NCBI GenBank assembly: GCA_028534125.1
Contig: CM052832.1
Span: forward strand, 10,542,001-10,606,000
Length of the DNA: 64,000 nt
Origin: Lama glama
Taxonomy: Eukaryota
Reading direction: 5' to 3'
The notes beneath the pieces were generated by a model. It had not been told where the DNA came from, did no database searches, and saw only the letters and a list, made by a program, of their open reading frames with translations. Shown here piece by piece: positions 12,680 through 25,368 of this stretch. Position numbers and translations under genes: made by a program. The first letter of the stretch is position 1. Each line of letters begins with the position of its first letter.

Positions 12680-12850
12680 CTTAATCATTTGTTACAAACA
12701 GTTCCACCACCATGTGAATTTGGGGCAATACTCTTATTCTCCCCATTTTTTGAGGAAACTGAATCTCAGAGAAGTGAGATGTCTTAGCCAGAGTAACACA
12801 GCTTTCAAGCAGCAGAATTGGGTTCAATGATAGGTCTTCTATTTGAAGTC
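12680..12850 (-). mobile_element. MIR fragment
   Basis: ttattctccccattttttgaggaaactgaatctcagagaagtgag...acacagct. Confidence 0.75.
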
Positions 12851-13504
12851 CCCCTGGAGGTGATGGCTCCCCCTTATGGAGCCCCCAGGGTATGGTGGTC
12901 ATAGAGATCTTGGACTTGGGTAGCAGATGGGAGAGGGACAGTCTGAAAAGGGGAAACCCAAGCCCTACTTTGGGGGAGTCCAGGGACTTCTGAAATTCAC
13001 CCAGAACGGAAAAAATGCCACATCAGGAAAGGTTGTGTCTGTGACAGCCCTGTGCAGCTGCCAGTCCTAAGCAGAATGCTGGCAGCAGAGGTGGGATGGT
13101 CACCCTGACATCTTCCTGAATGAAGTGAGCCAGGCCAGTTTTTGAAAGAGGGGGAAAAATAGAGAACCGCATCCAGGGGGTGGGACGAAGGCTAGGAATA
13201 AAGATTCCTGCCCAAGAAGAATTCTGGAGGAGTTTGCCCCTGGCAGGCCACCTGCTCCGGCTGCAAAGTTCTGCTACATTTGGATCTGCCTGCTTCTCCA
13301 CAGCTCTTCCCCCTGGCGTGAGAGCTGTCCATTCATCTCCGGAGCCAGTCCAACCTTAGGCTCAGTGGAGCGAAGACAAGGACAAGTGCCAAGCCACCTG
13401 TGTCCACCACAGCTGCATGGCCGGCTCCAGCTGGCTGCAGAGGACACCTTGGCAGGGAGTGCAAAGAGCTGGGCAGAAGCAGGGACTGAGGCTGGACTCT
13501 GAGC

Positions 13505-13580
13505 TCCCCCATCACTTGGGGGCTCCCTGGGGACAGGGGCTGTGTCTCCTCCATCAGGACAAGGCTTCTCTGAGCACAGA
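13505..13580 (+). repeat. ~2 units of the ~39-bp L2-like tandem repeat
   Basis: ggggctccctggggacaggggctgtgtctcc matches the unit of the 43-kb array. Confidence 0.6.
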
Positions 13581-15749
13581 GATCTTTTTTCTCCCAGCCT
13601 TAGGTGTGAAGAAAGACAGAGAGTATCCTCTGTGGTGGGAAGAGCAGCCTTGCCAGTCTGAGCTCTGCACTGCCTCCACCATGCCCTGGTTTAAGGGATT
13701 GGTTGACAGTGTTTTTGCTCGTCTTGTTTCCTAAAAAGTGTCTTAGAAAAAACCCACCATTTTCATCTTTCCTTCCTCACTCCCACCCTGAATTTCTCCA
13801 TGGGACATGTGGGAACACCACCCTCAGTCTTATTCTCTGGTTGGCCTCTCAGCTCGGCCTACTACCAGTCAGTGGAAGGCATGGGTCTGTCCAGTTTCAG
13901 CCACAGGGATTTTGGGTAAAGTAGTCCCCAGGCTCTTCCCTGCCCCCACTAGAAGGACATGGCTTCAAATTTCAAAGTAGCTTCTGGGAGAGGGAACCCT
14001 TCTCCTTTCTTCGGAACTAATGGGAGTAACAGGAACATTACAGCCTGGCATAGTTTTAGCGATTTTCTAACAGAGCAGGTTGCTTTGATACAGACCTGCA
14101 GTGCTATTTCTGATAAGACCGTCCCTGTCTGCTGGGAGAAGCTGCAGTTTCCCTGTTGGGGTGGGGGGAGCTGGATCTGGGTGGGTGAGTGGGATTTGAT
14201 AACCAAGAGGCTGGGGGTGCTTTCGTGCTATAGCGGTGCTCCACAGGGCTTGCTTCCCACGTTGCGGTCTAGGCTGGTGCTTATTCATCCAAAATGAAGT
14301 TTCACCAGCTGGCAAAGGAATGAAAAAATAAGAAATAGGTAACTTGTTTGTCATAAAGTTAAATGTATTTAAAGGATTATCCTTTGGGTTGACTTTTTTT
14401 TTTCCTACTTTTTGATGTAAAAACGTGTAGGGACACGGGTGATGACTCAGTGCGGAGGGGGGAAGAGGCCTCCCCCGTGATGGGCGTCCACGCGGTAACT
14501 TACGTATTTGGGATACTCATAAATGCGGTGTTCAAAAGTCAAGATACGCTACTAATTATCTGCAAAGTCTTAATTATCTGTGCCGAAGGAAGGGAGAGGT
14601 GGGGATAATATAGGGAATCATTCAGTAATGGAAGCGAAGCAAGGAAGGAAAATAACGTTTATTGAGGGCTAATTCAGAAAGGGTAATTGACTTGCCCAGG
14701 TCACCCTGATAGATAATGTGGGGTCTGGGACTAGAAGCTACATCTCCTAATGCCTAGTCTAGCGCTTTCCTAAGTACACTCCGTGCTTATAGTAACACCA
14801 GTCATGATCATAGCAAGCAGTTGTAGGGCACATACTAAGCACTTCCCCCCCAGTATCTCCCTGATGCACCCTGAGATCCTGGGGATGGAGGGGGGCAGGG
14901 TTAGAGATGTTTAGGAAGTGGACTAACCTAGAACCTAGGGGACTGGCTGGGTGTGGGGATGAGGGGGAGGAAGGTGTTGGGGGTGTGTGGGGGTTTAGGT
15001 ATCTCATCTAGGCAACCAGATGGTTAGTAGGGGTGAGATGGGGACTTCAAAGGAGATTGGGTGGTGGTGTGCAGACGGCAGGCTCTGGGTAGGACACGAT
15101 GAATCTGAGTGGCTTCTAGAAACTTTCACACACACCACCCTCCCACCTTCTGTAAGTCCAGCTCTGCTTCCTTCTCTACAGCCAGCCAAGTGGGTCAGAG
15201 AACGAGCAGATGAAGGAACCTCTGGGACCTGGGGAGCCCACAAAGACTGGAGCCCCCACGGTATTACCAGGGACCTAGGTTTTTTGGGTGAAAAAAGGTG
15301 GGCCTTGCCCCTGCCCTGAGCCCTGACCCAAAGGACAGTGAAGTGAAGGGGTGTGTGACCCCCACCCCCACCAGGTGGACAGAGCCTCATGAAGGGCCCT
15401 GACAGAGAACACCTGTCCTTGCCTCCCCTCTCACTGCCCGGGAGGCAGCGGGGAAGTGGGTCAGCTCACAACTGGGTCACCATCTGGGGGGCTTTATCTC
15501 GCCCCTGTGGTACTCTAAATTATTGTCATGACACGTCATTCATTTGTTCCAGCCAGCGAATGCCCTGTTCATCCTTTTCCTCCATGCAGTGCCAGACACA
15601 AGACATACAGAGACTCATGAGACAGGCCCTTCCCTCAGGGAGTGGACAGACCTTCAGGGGAGACAGGCGAGTGACGACTTCTGTGATCAGGTGAGCATTG
15701 CTCCTATAAAGATACCTTATGGGTGTTCTTGAGGTGGAGGGGGCCTTGA

Positions 15750-16005
15750 GGAGCGCTTTGGAGTACAGGTTCTGGAACCGCACAACTGTGGTTGAATCCT
15801 GGCTCCCCTCCACTCACCAGCTGTGTGACCTTGGACAAATAACTTAACCTCTCTGGGCCTTCCTTCTCCATCTACAAAATGGGGATAATACAGCACCTAT
15901 CTCCTAGGGTCATTGTGAGGATTAAATGAGTGAAAGCATGAGAAGAGCTTTGAGCCATGCCTAACACAGAGTGAGCACTCCCCAGTGGTAGCTGCTATTA
16001 CTTCA
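15750..16005 (+). mobile_element. Near full-length MIR
   Basis: tgaatcctggctc...cagctgtgtgaccttggacaaataacttaacctctctgggcct...aaaatggggataata...gtgaggattaaatgag. Confidence 0.9.
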
Positions 16006-16029
16006 ATTATCATCATCTTCATCATCATG

Positions 16030-16500
16030 AACTCAGGAGTCTGCAGGGGAGGAGTTAGCATGGAGGAGAAGCTATTGGGGAAAGCTTCATAGAGCAACTG
16101 ACATTTCAGTTGGGCAGGAAAAGTGACATTTTGCTGAGGGAAAAAATCAAGCACAGGGAAGCCGACCCAGGCAGAGGGAGCAGGAGCAGGAGAAGGAGCA
16201 AAGGCAAAGAAGTGTGGAAATGCGAGGCACGTTTGGGGAGACAGCCAGGCCTCCAGCTCCCGGGAGTGTGGAGGATGTGGGAGGGGGAGGCACTGGGAGA
16301 GTAGGTCAGGGTTGGCTTGGGAAGGGCTGGAATGCCTAATGATGGGATTTGGGCTTTATCCCAAAGGCCAAAGGGATCCTGGCAGAGTCACTTTTATTTG
16401 CCTTTGGGGATTGTGGTGGCAGCTACATGGAAGATGGGTCAGGGCAGGCGTCTGCCTGGCTGGGCCAGGGGAGAGATGGCAAGGGTCTAAGCTCAGGCAG
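16030..16500 (-). mobile_element. L2 fragment, probably continuing the L2 piece at ~15560-15720
   Basis: gggaaagcttcatagag...ggcagagggagcag...gcaaaggcaaagaagtgtggaa...ttgggctttatcccaaaggc is antisense L2. Confidence 0.65.
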
Positions 16501-16819
16501 TGCAGAGCCTGGCAGGGAAGATGCTTAGGGAGCTGGCCCAGCACTCAGTTACTGTAAAGCCTCAGGGATGGAGGGGAAGCTGAACCTCCGCCCCCCTTAA
16601 TAACCAGGAAAGATGATAGGAGCCTGAGGTGAGATGATTGGGCCTCCAGGTGCCCTAAGTGACAGCCTCAAACATCAGACCCTCGGGATTCCTCCACCTA
16701 GCATCACTGGCTTTAGAGCTGCCCCTCTGCTTGCCATCGGGAAGCCATGGCCTGTGTCTAATCCTGTGCAGGACCCTGGTGTTGCCTCTGGGCCTGTGGG
16801 ACAGGGCACAGATGTCACT

Positions 16820-17035
16820 GCAAGGGTGATGGATTTTGGAGGCAAACAGACCTGGCTTCCAAGCCTGGTTGGGCTCCCGACACCTGGCTGTGACCCTGGC
16901 GAATCTCTTCACTTCTCTGAGCCTGGTTTCCCTCCTTTGTAAAATGAGGACTAAATAGTAGCTGCTCCAGAGGGTTATTTTAAAGAAGAAATGCATAACG
17001 CGTAAAAGTGCCTAGCACTGTGCCTGGAGGCTGGG
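16820..17035 (+). mobile_element. MIR
   Basis: gctgtgaccctggc...cttcacttctctgagcctggtttccctcctttgtaaaatgagga...gtaaaagtgcctagcactgtgcctgg. Confidence 0.85.
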
Positions 17036-18269
17036 ACATATCACCGGCGGCCCTGAGTTACACTCCCATCAGTACCCCGTTCCTTACCCACCCTGTTCAG
17101 AGCTCCCTCTGCCCTACCGGTTCCTCACCACACCATGTGGAGATCCAGTGTCCAAGATGACATCTGGCTAGCATAGGGAGAGGAGTCTGCCCTCCCCTGC
17201 ACTGGTCTAGGTTCCCCTTCCATTTATCCCCTCCTCTGCCTGAGACATGTGTGACCTCACTTTACCCTTGGGGACATCTCATTACTTGGGCAGAGTCAAC
17301 AGAGTCTGTCTAGGCTAGAAGTTCTTCTCAGAGGCAGAGGGATGGACAAATTGACCCTAAGATCACCCCAACCCTGAGTCTTTGCCTAACTGTCTCACTG
17401 TCCTCCCCTCTTGCCTGCTGGCTCCTGGCTGGGCTCTGGAAACAGATTCTGCTGCATATGGTGAGAAAGCCGCTGCTGTGTGTCGCCCTCGTGCTTATTT
17501 CCAATCAGTGTATGGGCTGGGAAGGCGTGGCTGGATGCTGTGTCTCTGCAGCCGTCTGTCTCCTGCTGCTGCACAGATCCTCGGAGCTGATTGAAATGTG
17601 ATGCGTGGGCTTAGGAAGGAGGGAGGGAAAACAGCAGCTCAGACCACAGCCGTCGTCCTGGGTCAGTGCCTGTGCTTCCCTCCCTCTACCTGGCACTCCA
17701 CCCCCTCCCACGCTAGGCTGCCAAACCAGGCATGGCCTTTCTACTCAGCCCACATCTGGGAACAAAGCCAGGCAGCCAGGCATCTTCCTCTCTCTGCACC
17801 CCTACCTCATTCCAGCAAAGCTGGGCTGCAGGGTGGTATCCAGGGGTTCAGATCACCGGGAAGCAGAGATCATTCAAGGCCCTTCCTGCTCACAGAGCTC
17901 TCTCCAGATCCACACCCCATGACACCAGGAGGAGGCTCCCCACAGTAGCCATGATCATCGCTCCCACTAGAATTCCATCACCAGGCTTTGTGTGGGTTCC
18001 TGTGCCTTGTAACCCTTCTGTCTCCTCTGGCCAACAGCCCTGGCCGAGCCCTCGACCCAGGAGGTATGTCATGGAAGTGGGAAGCCTGGATGGGCAGGGA
18101 TCTTTGGATGGTTTACTCCATATTGCTTCTACCTACTAAATACAGTAAAGCAGAAGGGAAACCTATGGGGTGAGGACTAAGCAGTGGGGATTATTTTCTT
18201 GGAGAAAAGAGGTTTGCAAGACCAAGAAAGAAAACGTGGACTTGAAGGATGGGCAAGAAACTCGGCATG

Positions 18270-18500
18270 AAGTTTACTCATTCATTCATTCACTCACTCA
18301 CATGTTAATTAGATAGTCAGTGTGTCCCTGAACTGCTTTAGGGGTATAGTGGGGTACAATGGCAAGCCAGCAGACGTAGTTCCTGAGCTTGTGAAGCACT
18401 CCCCTTAAGGGGGCATAGACACAAGCAAACTACCCCTTAGGGCTCAGGATAAATGGGGACAGGTTGGGAGACGCAGTCAGCTGACTATAGGGAAGGCCTA
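18270..18500 (-). mobile_element. L2 3' end fragment
   Basis: Starts with cattcattcattcactcactca; followed by degenerate antisense L2. Confidence 0.55.
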
Positions 18501-18720
18501 TGTGAGTTGGGTGGAACCAGGAAAACCAAAGTCACTTAAGGTATTTATAACTGGAGTAATTTAATAGAGAAAATTGGCTAACAGGTGATGGAAAGGGTCA
18601 GCTGATCTGGAAATTAGCAACAGCAGGAAGCAGCTACCACTCCCGGCTACAGGGGCAACGGTGGGAGGCAGTGTGATGAGGTCCCACTAGGGTCCCTGAG
18701 TAGCAAGTGGAGCCACAGTG
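18501..18720 (-). mobile_element. ERVL-type LTR fragment (LTR33/LTR16-like)
   Basis: accaggaaaacc...ggtatttat...aatttaatagagaaaattggctaacagg...attagcaacagcaggaagcagctaccac resembles the reverse of the LTR at 32690-33172. Confidence 0.5.
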
Positions 18721-18968
18721 AGTGTTATCACAGTGGGAGCCAAAGCCCTGCGAGGGGCGCTGCTGCCAGGCCCCTTAGGCAGAGAAGGAGGAAAGAAAGG
18801 CCATGCTTTTCCTCTCTCCTGCCCTCTACTTCCCTGCTGGAGGAGCCAGGTGACAGGGGAGCCCTGCGGGGAGTCAGCCTCACTGCCCCCGCCCCCTGCA
18901 ACACAGAACAGACAGACCAGGGGAGGGCAAAGGGGCTCAGCTCAACCCAGACTGGGGTGAGGGTCAAG

Positions 18969-19468
18969 NNNNNNNNNNNNNNNNNNNNNNNNNNNNNNNN
19001 NNNNNNNNNNNNNNNNNNNNNNNNNNNNNNNNNNNNNNNNNNNNNNNNNNNNNNNNNNNNNNNNNNNNNNNNNNNNNNNNNNNNNNNNNNNNNNNNNNNN
19101 NNNNNNNNNNNNNNNNNNNNNNNNNNNNNNNNNNNNNNNNNNNNNNNNNNNNNNNNNNNNNNNNNNNNNNNNNNNNNNNNNNNNNNNNNNNNNNNNNNNN
19201 NNNNNNNNNNNNNNNNNNNNNNNNNNNNNNNNNNNNNNNNNNNNNNNNNNNNNNNNNNNNNNNNNNNNNNNNNNNNNNNNNNNNNNNNNNNNNNNNNNNN
19301 NNNNNNNNNNNNNNNNNNNNNNNNNNNNNNNNNNNNNNNNNNNNNNNNNNNNNNNNNNNNNNNNNNNNNNNNNNNNNNNNNNNNNNNNNNNNNNNNNNNN
19401 NNNNNNNNNNNNNNNNNNNNNNNNNNNNNNNNNNNNNNNNNNNNNNNNNNNNNNNNNNNNNNNNNNNN
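18969..19468. other. Assembly gap (500 N)
   Basis: Run of N. Confidence 1.
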
Positions 19469-19929
19469 TTTGCCAAGGATTCTGCCTGCCCACTTCTTTC
19501 CTTCCACCAAGGCTGTGTGTGGGATGGGGCAGCACGGTTGGTGGGGGGGGGGGAGGCTGTGATCCACCCCTAACCTGGTTGGGCTGAGAGCCTGGAAGGG
19601 ACCCACATGAGTGTGTACATGGCAGTTTTCCAAGAGTGCAGAGAAGTCTAACTTTGTCAATTGGGCTGAATCAAGATCTATCCAATTCAAAGAGCCTAGA
19701 ACTCCAGAGTGAGGGATGGAAGGTGCCTGAGGTATTTCCAAATCGAGGCTGCTCATTTTATGGGGATGGATACCAAGGCCCCAGGAGGGTTTAAAGAGGC
19801 TTGCCCTAGAGGCAGAGCCACTCAGAACCCTAACCGTCAGCCTCTCCACCTGCCTATTTTCTTCTGAAGCAGAGCTAGCTCTTGAGTTCAGTCAAAAATA
19901 CATCGGAGCCTGGGGTCAACAGCTTCTGA

Positions 19930-20442
19930 TGTGAGCCCTCTGATCCTTCCCTTTAGTGTGGGCTGGATCTAGTAATTGCTTCTAACCAATAGAATATGGC
20001 AAAAGTGATCAATATGGCTTCCAATGTTAAGTTACAAAAGGCTGTGACTTCCATCTTGCTAGCTCTCTCTCTCTCTTCCTGGCTCCTCTTCTCATTAACT
20101 TGCTCTGATGAAGTGACTTGGAGAGGACCACGTGGCAAGAAGCTGAGGGCCACCACCTGTGAATGGCCAGTAAGGGACTGAGGCCCTCAGCCCAACAGCC
20201 ATGGAAGAATTAATCTTGCCAATAACCTCAGAGTGAATTTGGAAGCAGATCCTTCCCCAGTGGAGGCTTCAGATGAGGCCACAGCCCTGGCCAACATCCA
20301 GGTTACAGACTTGTGAGAGATCATGAACAGAAGACCTAGTTAAGTGATACCTGGGTTCCTAAGCCACAGAAACTGTGGGGAAATAAATGTGCATTGTCTG
20401 AAGCTGTTAAGTTTTGTCATATAGCAATAGACAACCAAGACA
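19930..20442 (+). mobile_element. MLT1 (E/F/G-like) solo LTR
   Basis: ccacgtggcaagaagctgaggg...ggaagcagatccttccccagt...cttcagatgag...acagaaactgtg...aataaatgtg...atagcaatagacaac. Confidence 0.85.
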
Positions 20443-20574
20443 ATCCCCTCTTCTAGAATAATATTTAGAAATGTGTGCCTAACACATTTTGGGCAGTGTC
20501 AGGAATGAAAAGAAATGGTTATTGTGTATTTACAGAAACTAACAGTTTGATGAGCTAAGATATAGTGTGTGAAA

Positions 20575-20805
20575 TAACAGTTACATTTTATTGAGAGTTT
20601 CCCTGCGCCAGGGATTGTGTTACTCTTCACATATATTAATTTCTTTAATTTTCTTAATCCTCACGGAAACCCTGTGAGGCTTATTATTAGCCCCACTTTA
20701 CAGATGAGAAAACAGAGGAGCAGAGAGTTGAATATCTCGCCCAGGTTCACACAGCTAGTAAGTGACGGAACTGGAAATTGAACCCAGGCACTCTGGCCTC
20801 AGAGG
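20575..20805 (-). mobile_element. MIR
   Basis: ttaatcctcac...ccccactttacagatgagaaaacagagg...gcccaggttcacacagctagtaagtg...tgaacccaggca. Confidence 0.9.
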
Positions 20806-20844
20806 GGAACAACGCAGCATTCATTCATTTAGAAAATACCAGAC

Positions 20845-20960
20845 GGGGAGGATATAGCTCAGTGGTAGAGTGCATGCTTAGCATGCATGTGGTCCTGGGT
20901 TCAATCCCCAGTACTTCCATTAAAAATGTAATAAAATAAAATAAAATAAAAACAAAACTA
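20845..20960 (+). mobile_element. tRNA-Ala-derived SINE (camelid Vic-1 type)
   Basis: GGGGAGGATATAGCTCAGTGGTAGAGTGCATGCTTAGCATGCATGTGGTCCTGGGTTCAATCCCCAGTACTTCCA is a CpG-decayed tRNA-Ala(AGC) copy with A and B boxes, followed by an A-rich (TAAAA)n tail. Confidence 0.85.
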
Positions 20961-21926
20961 GAAGGCAGCTGAATGACTCCTTGTGCTTGCTATAATTAGC
21001 TGCTGGGCATATAAAGATACCCCTCTGTTGTGAAGGAGCTCGTGGCTCTGCCTCTCACTAATAATGATCTTGAGCAAGTTGTTTAATCTTGGAGTCCTCA
21101 TCTAGAGAGGAGGAACAACAACCCACACAAGGCTGAAATAAGATGAAGTGAGTGAGGACACTACATAATTAAGTGTTATGTTTGTTAAATATAAGTAAGC
21201 AAATAAATCGCTAGGTCAGCAAAGACCCCAGCATGTGGGAATTGCAGGGACCCTCTGTTTGGGGTGCAGTGGGAGCACAGACGGGGAGATGGCCTTCACC
21301 TCCCATCTTTTGTACATGTCCTTTTAAGTCCTGGGCTTGTTGGTGGACTTCCCATGCAGCCTGTGGCCTTTTCAATTTTTATCCCCTCATTAAAATAATC
21401 AGCAGTCTAAGGGAGGCCTTCTCCTGCCAAGATGCCCAACTCTTGACTGGTGCTCACTTTTCAGTCTAAGCTTCTCAGGATGAGGGGCTTTTGAAAATAA
21501 TCTTTCCAAGTCCCAGGGTTCCTTTGTACTTTCGGCCCCCTTCCCCGGCAATGCACAAAGGCTCGAAAGTCATGGGGCCCACTCCCCAGGCTCCCGTCCC
21601 TCCCACTTTCTAAAATAAACTCTCCTCTGTTGGCCCAAACAGCAATCCGTCTCAATACTTTGCCCAAAGTCCAGGAGATGAAATCATCTGCAGCAGAGGA
21701 TAGGTAAAGACTGAAAATGCTTAATGAACTATAAGTGCCAAAAAGCATCAGACAGATAATGAGAACTATTATTGGCCAGGCCAAGGGGACTGGTGCAGAG
21801 AGCAGTGGCCAAGGAGTGCTTCAAGGAGGAGGTGGGATTCCAGCCAGGCCTTAAAGAGCAGCAGGGGAATGGGGGTGGGGGAAGGAAGCTAGGCCATGCA
21901 AAGAGCAACAAGCACTTCCAGGGTGC

Positions 21927-22340
21927 TGTGAGGTGTGGTCAATGTCACTGGTGTTTACCCACATTGGGTTTTCCTCTCTTTAAAGCACAGGGGCACAGGA
22001 GAGGATTACACCCCCCACCTCCACATCTGCTATGATATGGGGGGTCACAAGACTAGATTGTGGATTGCAAGTGAAAGTGATGTGTGTCCCTTACATGCTA
22101 AAGCATCAACGGACCGTGTGTCTTCAGCACTTCCTCCTTCTGCTGTGGCAACCGTGGAAGCCCGTGGTGAGATGGAAGAGCCACCAGGTTGAAGGAGCCG
22201 AGGACACTGAGCTATCATTTGAAGGACAGCTGCCCTATAGGATTACCTGGACCCACAGTGGACTTTGGGTGAATGATAAATATGTCTTTTTCATATGAAG
22301 CCACTAAAATTTTGGTGGTGTTTGTTCTTGCAATGACCTA
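21927..22340 (+). mobile_element. MLT1 (H/I/J-like) solo LTR
   Basis: ggaagcccgtggtgagatgg...ggactttgggtgaatgataaata...aagccactaaaattttggtggtgtttgtt...cctagcattccctgatgtacaca. Confidence 0.7.
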
Positions 22341-22424
22341 GCATTCCCTGATGTACACAATAGGGTGTGTGTTGAGTAGAGGGACATAGGTTTAGTTAAG
22401 GGGAACCAGAGCCAAGTTAGGGTA

Positions 22425-22560
22425 TTCCTAGGGCATCAGAATCACCTGGGGAGACTTTAAACCATGACAAAAATTCTAATTCAGCTGGGCACAACACGAG
22501 TATATTTTTTTAAGTTGTCCAGGTGATCCCATGGTATCACCCAGGCGGAGAACCATGGAT
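22425..22560. mobile_element. MER5A-like DNA transposon
   Basis: gcatcagaatcacctggggagacttt...attctaattcag...ccaggtgatccc...gagaacca. Confidence 0.7.
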
Positions 22561-22989
22561 GTGCCCATTTTTGCCCCTTATTGTGACGTAATCTTAAGTA
22601 AGTGGCTTTCCACCCTGAGCCCTGTGCTTTGGGTTGTAAAAGGAGAAGAGGATTATTGGACGGATAGGGCCCAATGCTGACATTTCACAGAATCCATGTG
22701 AAAGGGCTTTGTATAGCGTCAAGGGCTAGTAATTTTATTCTTAATATTAAAGTCCTGAAAAGGCAGGAATTCAGTCTCGACCCGGTGGGTTGTTCACTTT
22801 GAGAATGTCTGCAGCTGACAGTTTTAGTCTAGAGTTGGCTTCTCTGGCCGTGCCCTGTTTCCCCTCAGCCCGGTATGCGCTGGGGTGCGATGGGCAGTAG
22901 GATTCTAAGTGTCTCTAAGCCGGACTGTGGCAACCTGTTGTCCTCCAGATAGCAGTGTCTGACAGCATCCTCCTTCCGTTACAGAAATA

Positions 22990-23450
22990 CTAATTTTTTT
23001 TAATCAAAATTTCACATGTATGTCAAATAAGTTACAAAGTAAAGGAACGGTGCCCAGCGGCAACCTTCCTATCCCTCGCCTCAGGGGGATCCTTTCAACT
23101 CTTTAACTATTTCCTCTGGTATTTACTTCCTTATTATTGGTTCTTTCTTGACTTTTTTTTTCCTTGGAGACATTATCCTTGATTTCCTGCTATGGAGTTT
23201 GAGTACTTAGCATTCTGATGGTACTCCTCCCATCACTCCCCGCAACAGCATAATCACACCCCATCAGTCTCTCAATAGAATTGTATCACAATTTTTGGCT
23301 AAAAATAAGTATGCAATGTTTATATTAACATTTATAATTATATAAATACTGCTTAGCAAAGAGCCATGTATGACAACAGTTTCTTTCTTAAACCATTTTT
23401 AATTTTCCTGGAGCTAATAATTGTCTCTGTTTTCTTTATTCTGTTCCTTA
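22990..23450 (-). mobile_element. Old L1M fragment
   Basis: AT-rich tract with tttcaactcttt...tttcctctggtatttacttcc...acattatccttgatttcctgctatgg, typical of antisense L1M 3' UTR. Confidence 0.5.
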
Positions 23451-23749
23451 CATTTTTGACTCTGGGGAGGGATCAGAGCTAAGTGAATGTGTTCTGTCAG
23501 CCACGTTCAGCTGGAAACCACAGCAGAGTTTCTACTCTGTGAAAGTGTGAAATTTATAGATGAGCCCTTAGATCCTCTCCCTCCCCCCAAACTTTAGGAA
23601 GTGCAGTCTGGATGTTTGTCATGCCTTTTCACCCTTGTCTTCTAGTTTCTAACTAAGATTACTAGAAATCTCTCAGCTGCACACAGAAAAATGTGTTTTC
23701 ACAATCTGAGGGAGCAGGGTCTGTGCTGTTTTGTTTTGGGGTTTTTTCC

Positions 23750-23868
23750 TTTATCTGGGAGCTCCCTGAGGGCAAAGGTTTTGTCTTCTCATCAGACTGA
23801 GCTCCCTGAGGAAGAACTATGTCTCTTTGTGAGACTGGGGCTCCCTGAGGCAGGGCTGTGTCTCCCTG
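23750..23868 (+). repeat. ~3 units of the ~39-bp L2-like tandem repeat
   Basis: gagctccctgagggcaaagg / cagactgagctccctgagg / agactggggctccctgaggcagggctgtgtctccc. Confidence 0.75.
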
Positions 23869-24909
23869 CTTCTCTGCATCTCTTCCCCTCCAGCCCCACC
23901 TTGGTGTCTGAGAAGGAGCTCTACATTTGGGAGTTGGAGACTGTGTGACATTGTGAATCCCCAGGAGCTGCTTCCCTCCCTGGTCCTTCTACTGATGACC
24001 CTGACCTTCAGGAAGCCAGAAAAAAAAAAAAAAGAAAACTTCCACAGGGACTCCCTGAGGGGCTCTGTCAGGTCAGAGGCCCCACTGAGGCTCTATTCTG
24101 CTCTGAGCCTTTCAGAGACCTCAGCTCTCAGGCCCTGCTTGCTTCCATGGATAGCCTTCCTTTCCCTCTCTTTTCTTTCACACATAGCTTTTCTTTCTTA
24201 TTGACGTTGTCGGTGGAGAGACACTGTGGATGGCATAAATAATAGATTATTAATTTGGAGCCTCTCCAGTGAGTGAGACTTGCCACCCAGTGAGGACGCA
24301 TGTTATGTAACCAGCAAATTACAGTGGCATCAGAGGCAGAGTGTCTGCTACAGAGCGTAAGATCAAGGAGTGAGAGAAGCAGGGAGCAAGGACACGTCAC
24401 AGGAGAGTCTGCGGGGAGCCGGGCTCTGGGCTGGTTGTTTTCGGCTGTCTTCTCTTGTTTAAGTCTCACAGTGACCAGTAAGGAGGTGCTGAAACCTCTC
24501 TGTGGAGAGAGAATGGGCTGGTTGAAGCCAAGCTGACTGGTGCTGAGGCCTGGCGAGTTCCAGGCGACCGGCCTGTACCCAGCTCATCACTCTGAAATTT
24601 CCTCTTCATGGTGAGCTGGTCGGGACGGTGCTTCAGAAAGCCTGGTGGAAAAGGTATCCCTGAGGAGACAGGAAAGCCGGAAAACCAGACCTAGGAGCTG
24701 TCACCTCTGTAGGAGGAAGCCCCTGGCCATTCCCTTGTGTGAAACTGGGATTCTCCACTGAGGCCCTTAGAGGATGAGTTATGGCCAGAAGCGGTGTGGC
24801 CATGTGATCCCCATTGAAACCCTGGTGGTACCTTGTGGCAGGGAATTCCTGGACTCCTTACTTGACGGGGCACCAGAGGCAAGCTGGGTGTTGATTGTAA
24901 AGGCTTCTG

Positions 24910-25368
24910 AGATTAGTGTCTCAGAGACAGGAGTCTGGCTTATGGCCACCATGAAAATGCACCTCTCAGAACTCCTTCTGCAGAGAGCATGTTGACTGAA
25001 AGCCCCAGCCACCATGCTCTGAATCCACTACCGTGTTGGCACTAAGGCCACACTTCCTACCAGTGACTAGGTGTGGCTGGGACACGAAGCAGAGGCATTC
25101 CTGTGAGAAGGGGAAGGGGAGACATTAGCTCAGACCCTCCCATCCCTCACTGGCCTTATCCCATTGGCTTAACTTTCTTCACCTTGCACTGCCATCCAAG
25201 AGTTTTCCACCCAAATTTCCTTCCTTCCCACTCTCCTCCACAGGTTCAGACCCACACTGCAACTTGACATTTCTTCCAGCCTCCTCCAGCTTTCTCTCCA
25301 TTTTCCCTCACAGGCAAATTTCTCTTGTAATCTTGGCATCTGCTTCTCAGAAGAGCTAGACTAATGCA
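24910..25368 (+). mobile_element. LTR16-like ERVL solo LTR
   Basis: gaaaatgcacctctcagaactcc...ttccctcacaggc...tcttggcatctgcttctcagaagagctagactaatgca. Confidence 0.6.

Noticed and set aside
18728..19849. Long ORFs of 170-373 aa
   Set aside because: They are open only because they cross the 500-N gap.
20845..20919. Functional tRNA-Ala(AGC) gene
   Set aside because: Altered 5' end breaks the acceptor stem, CpGs are decayed, and an A-rich tail replaces an oligo-T terminator. It is a SINE.
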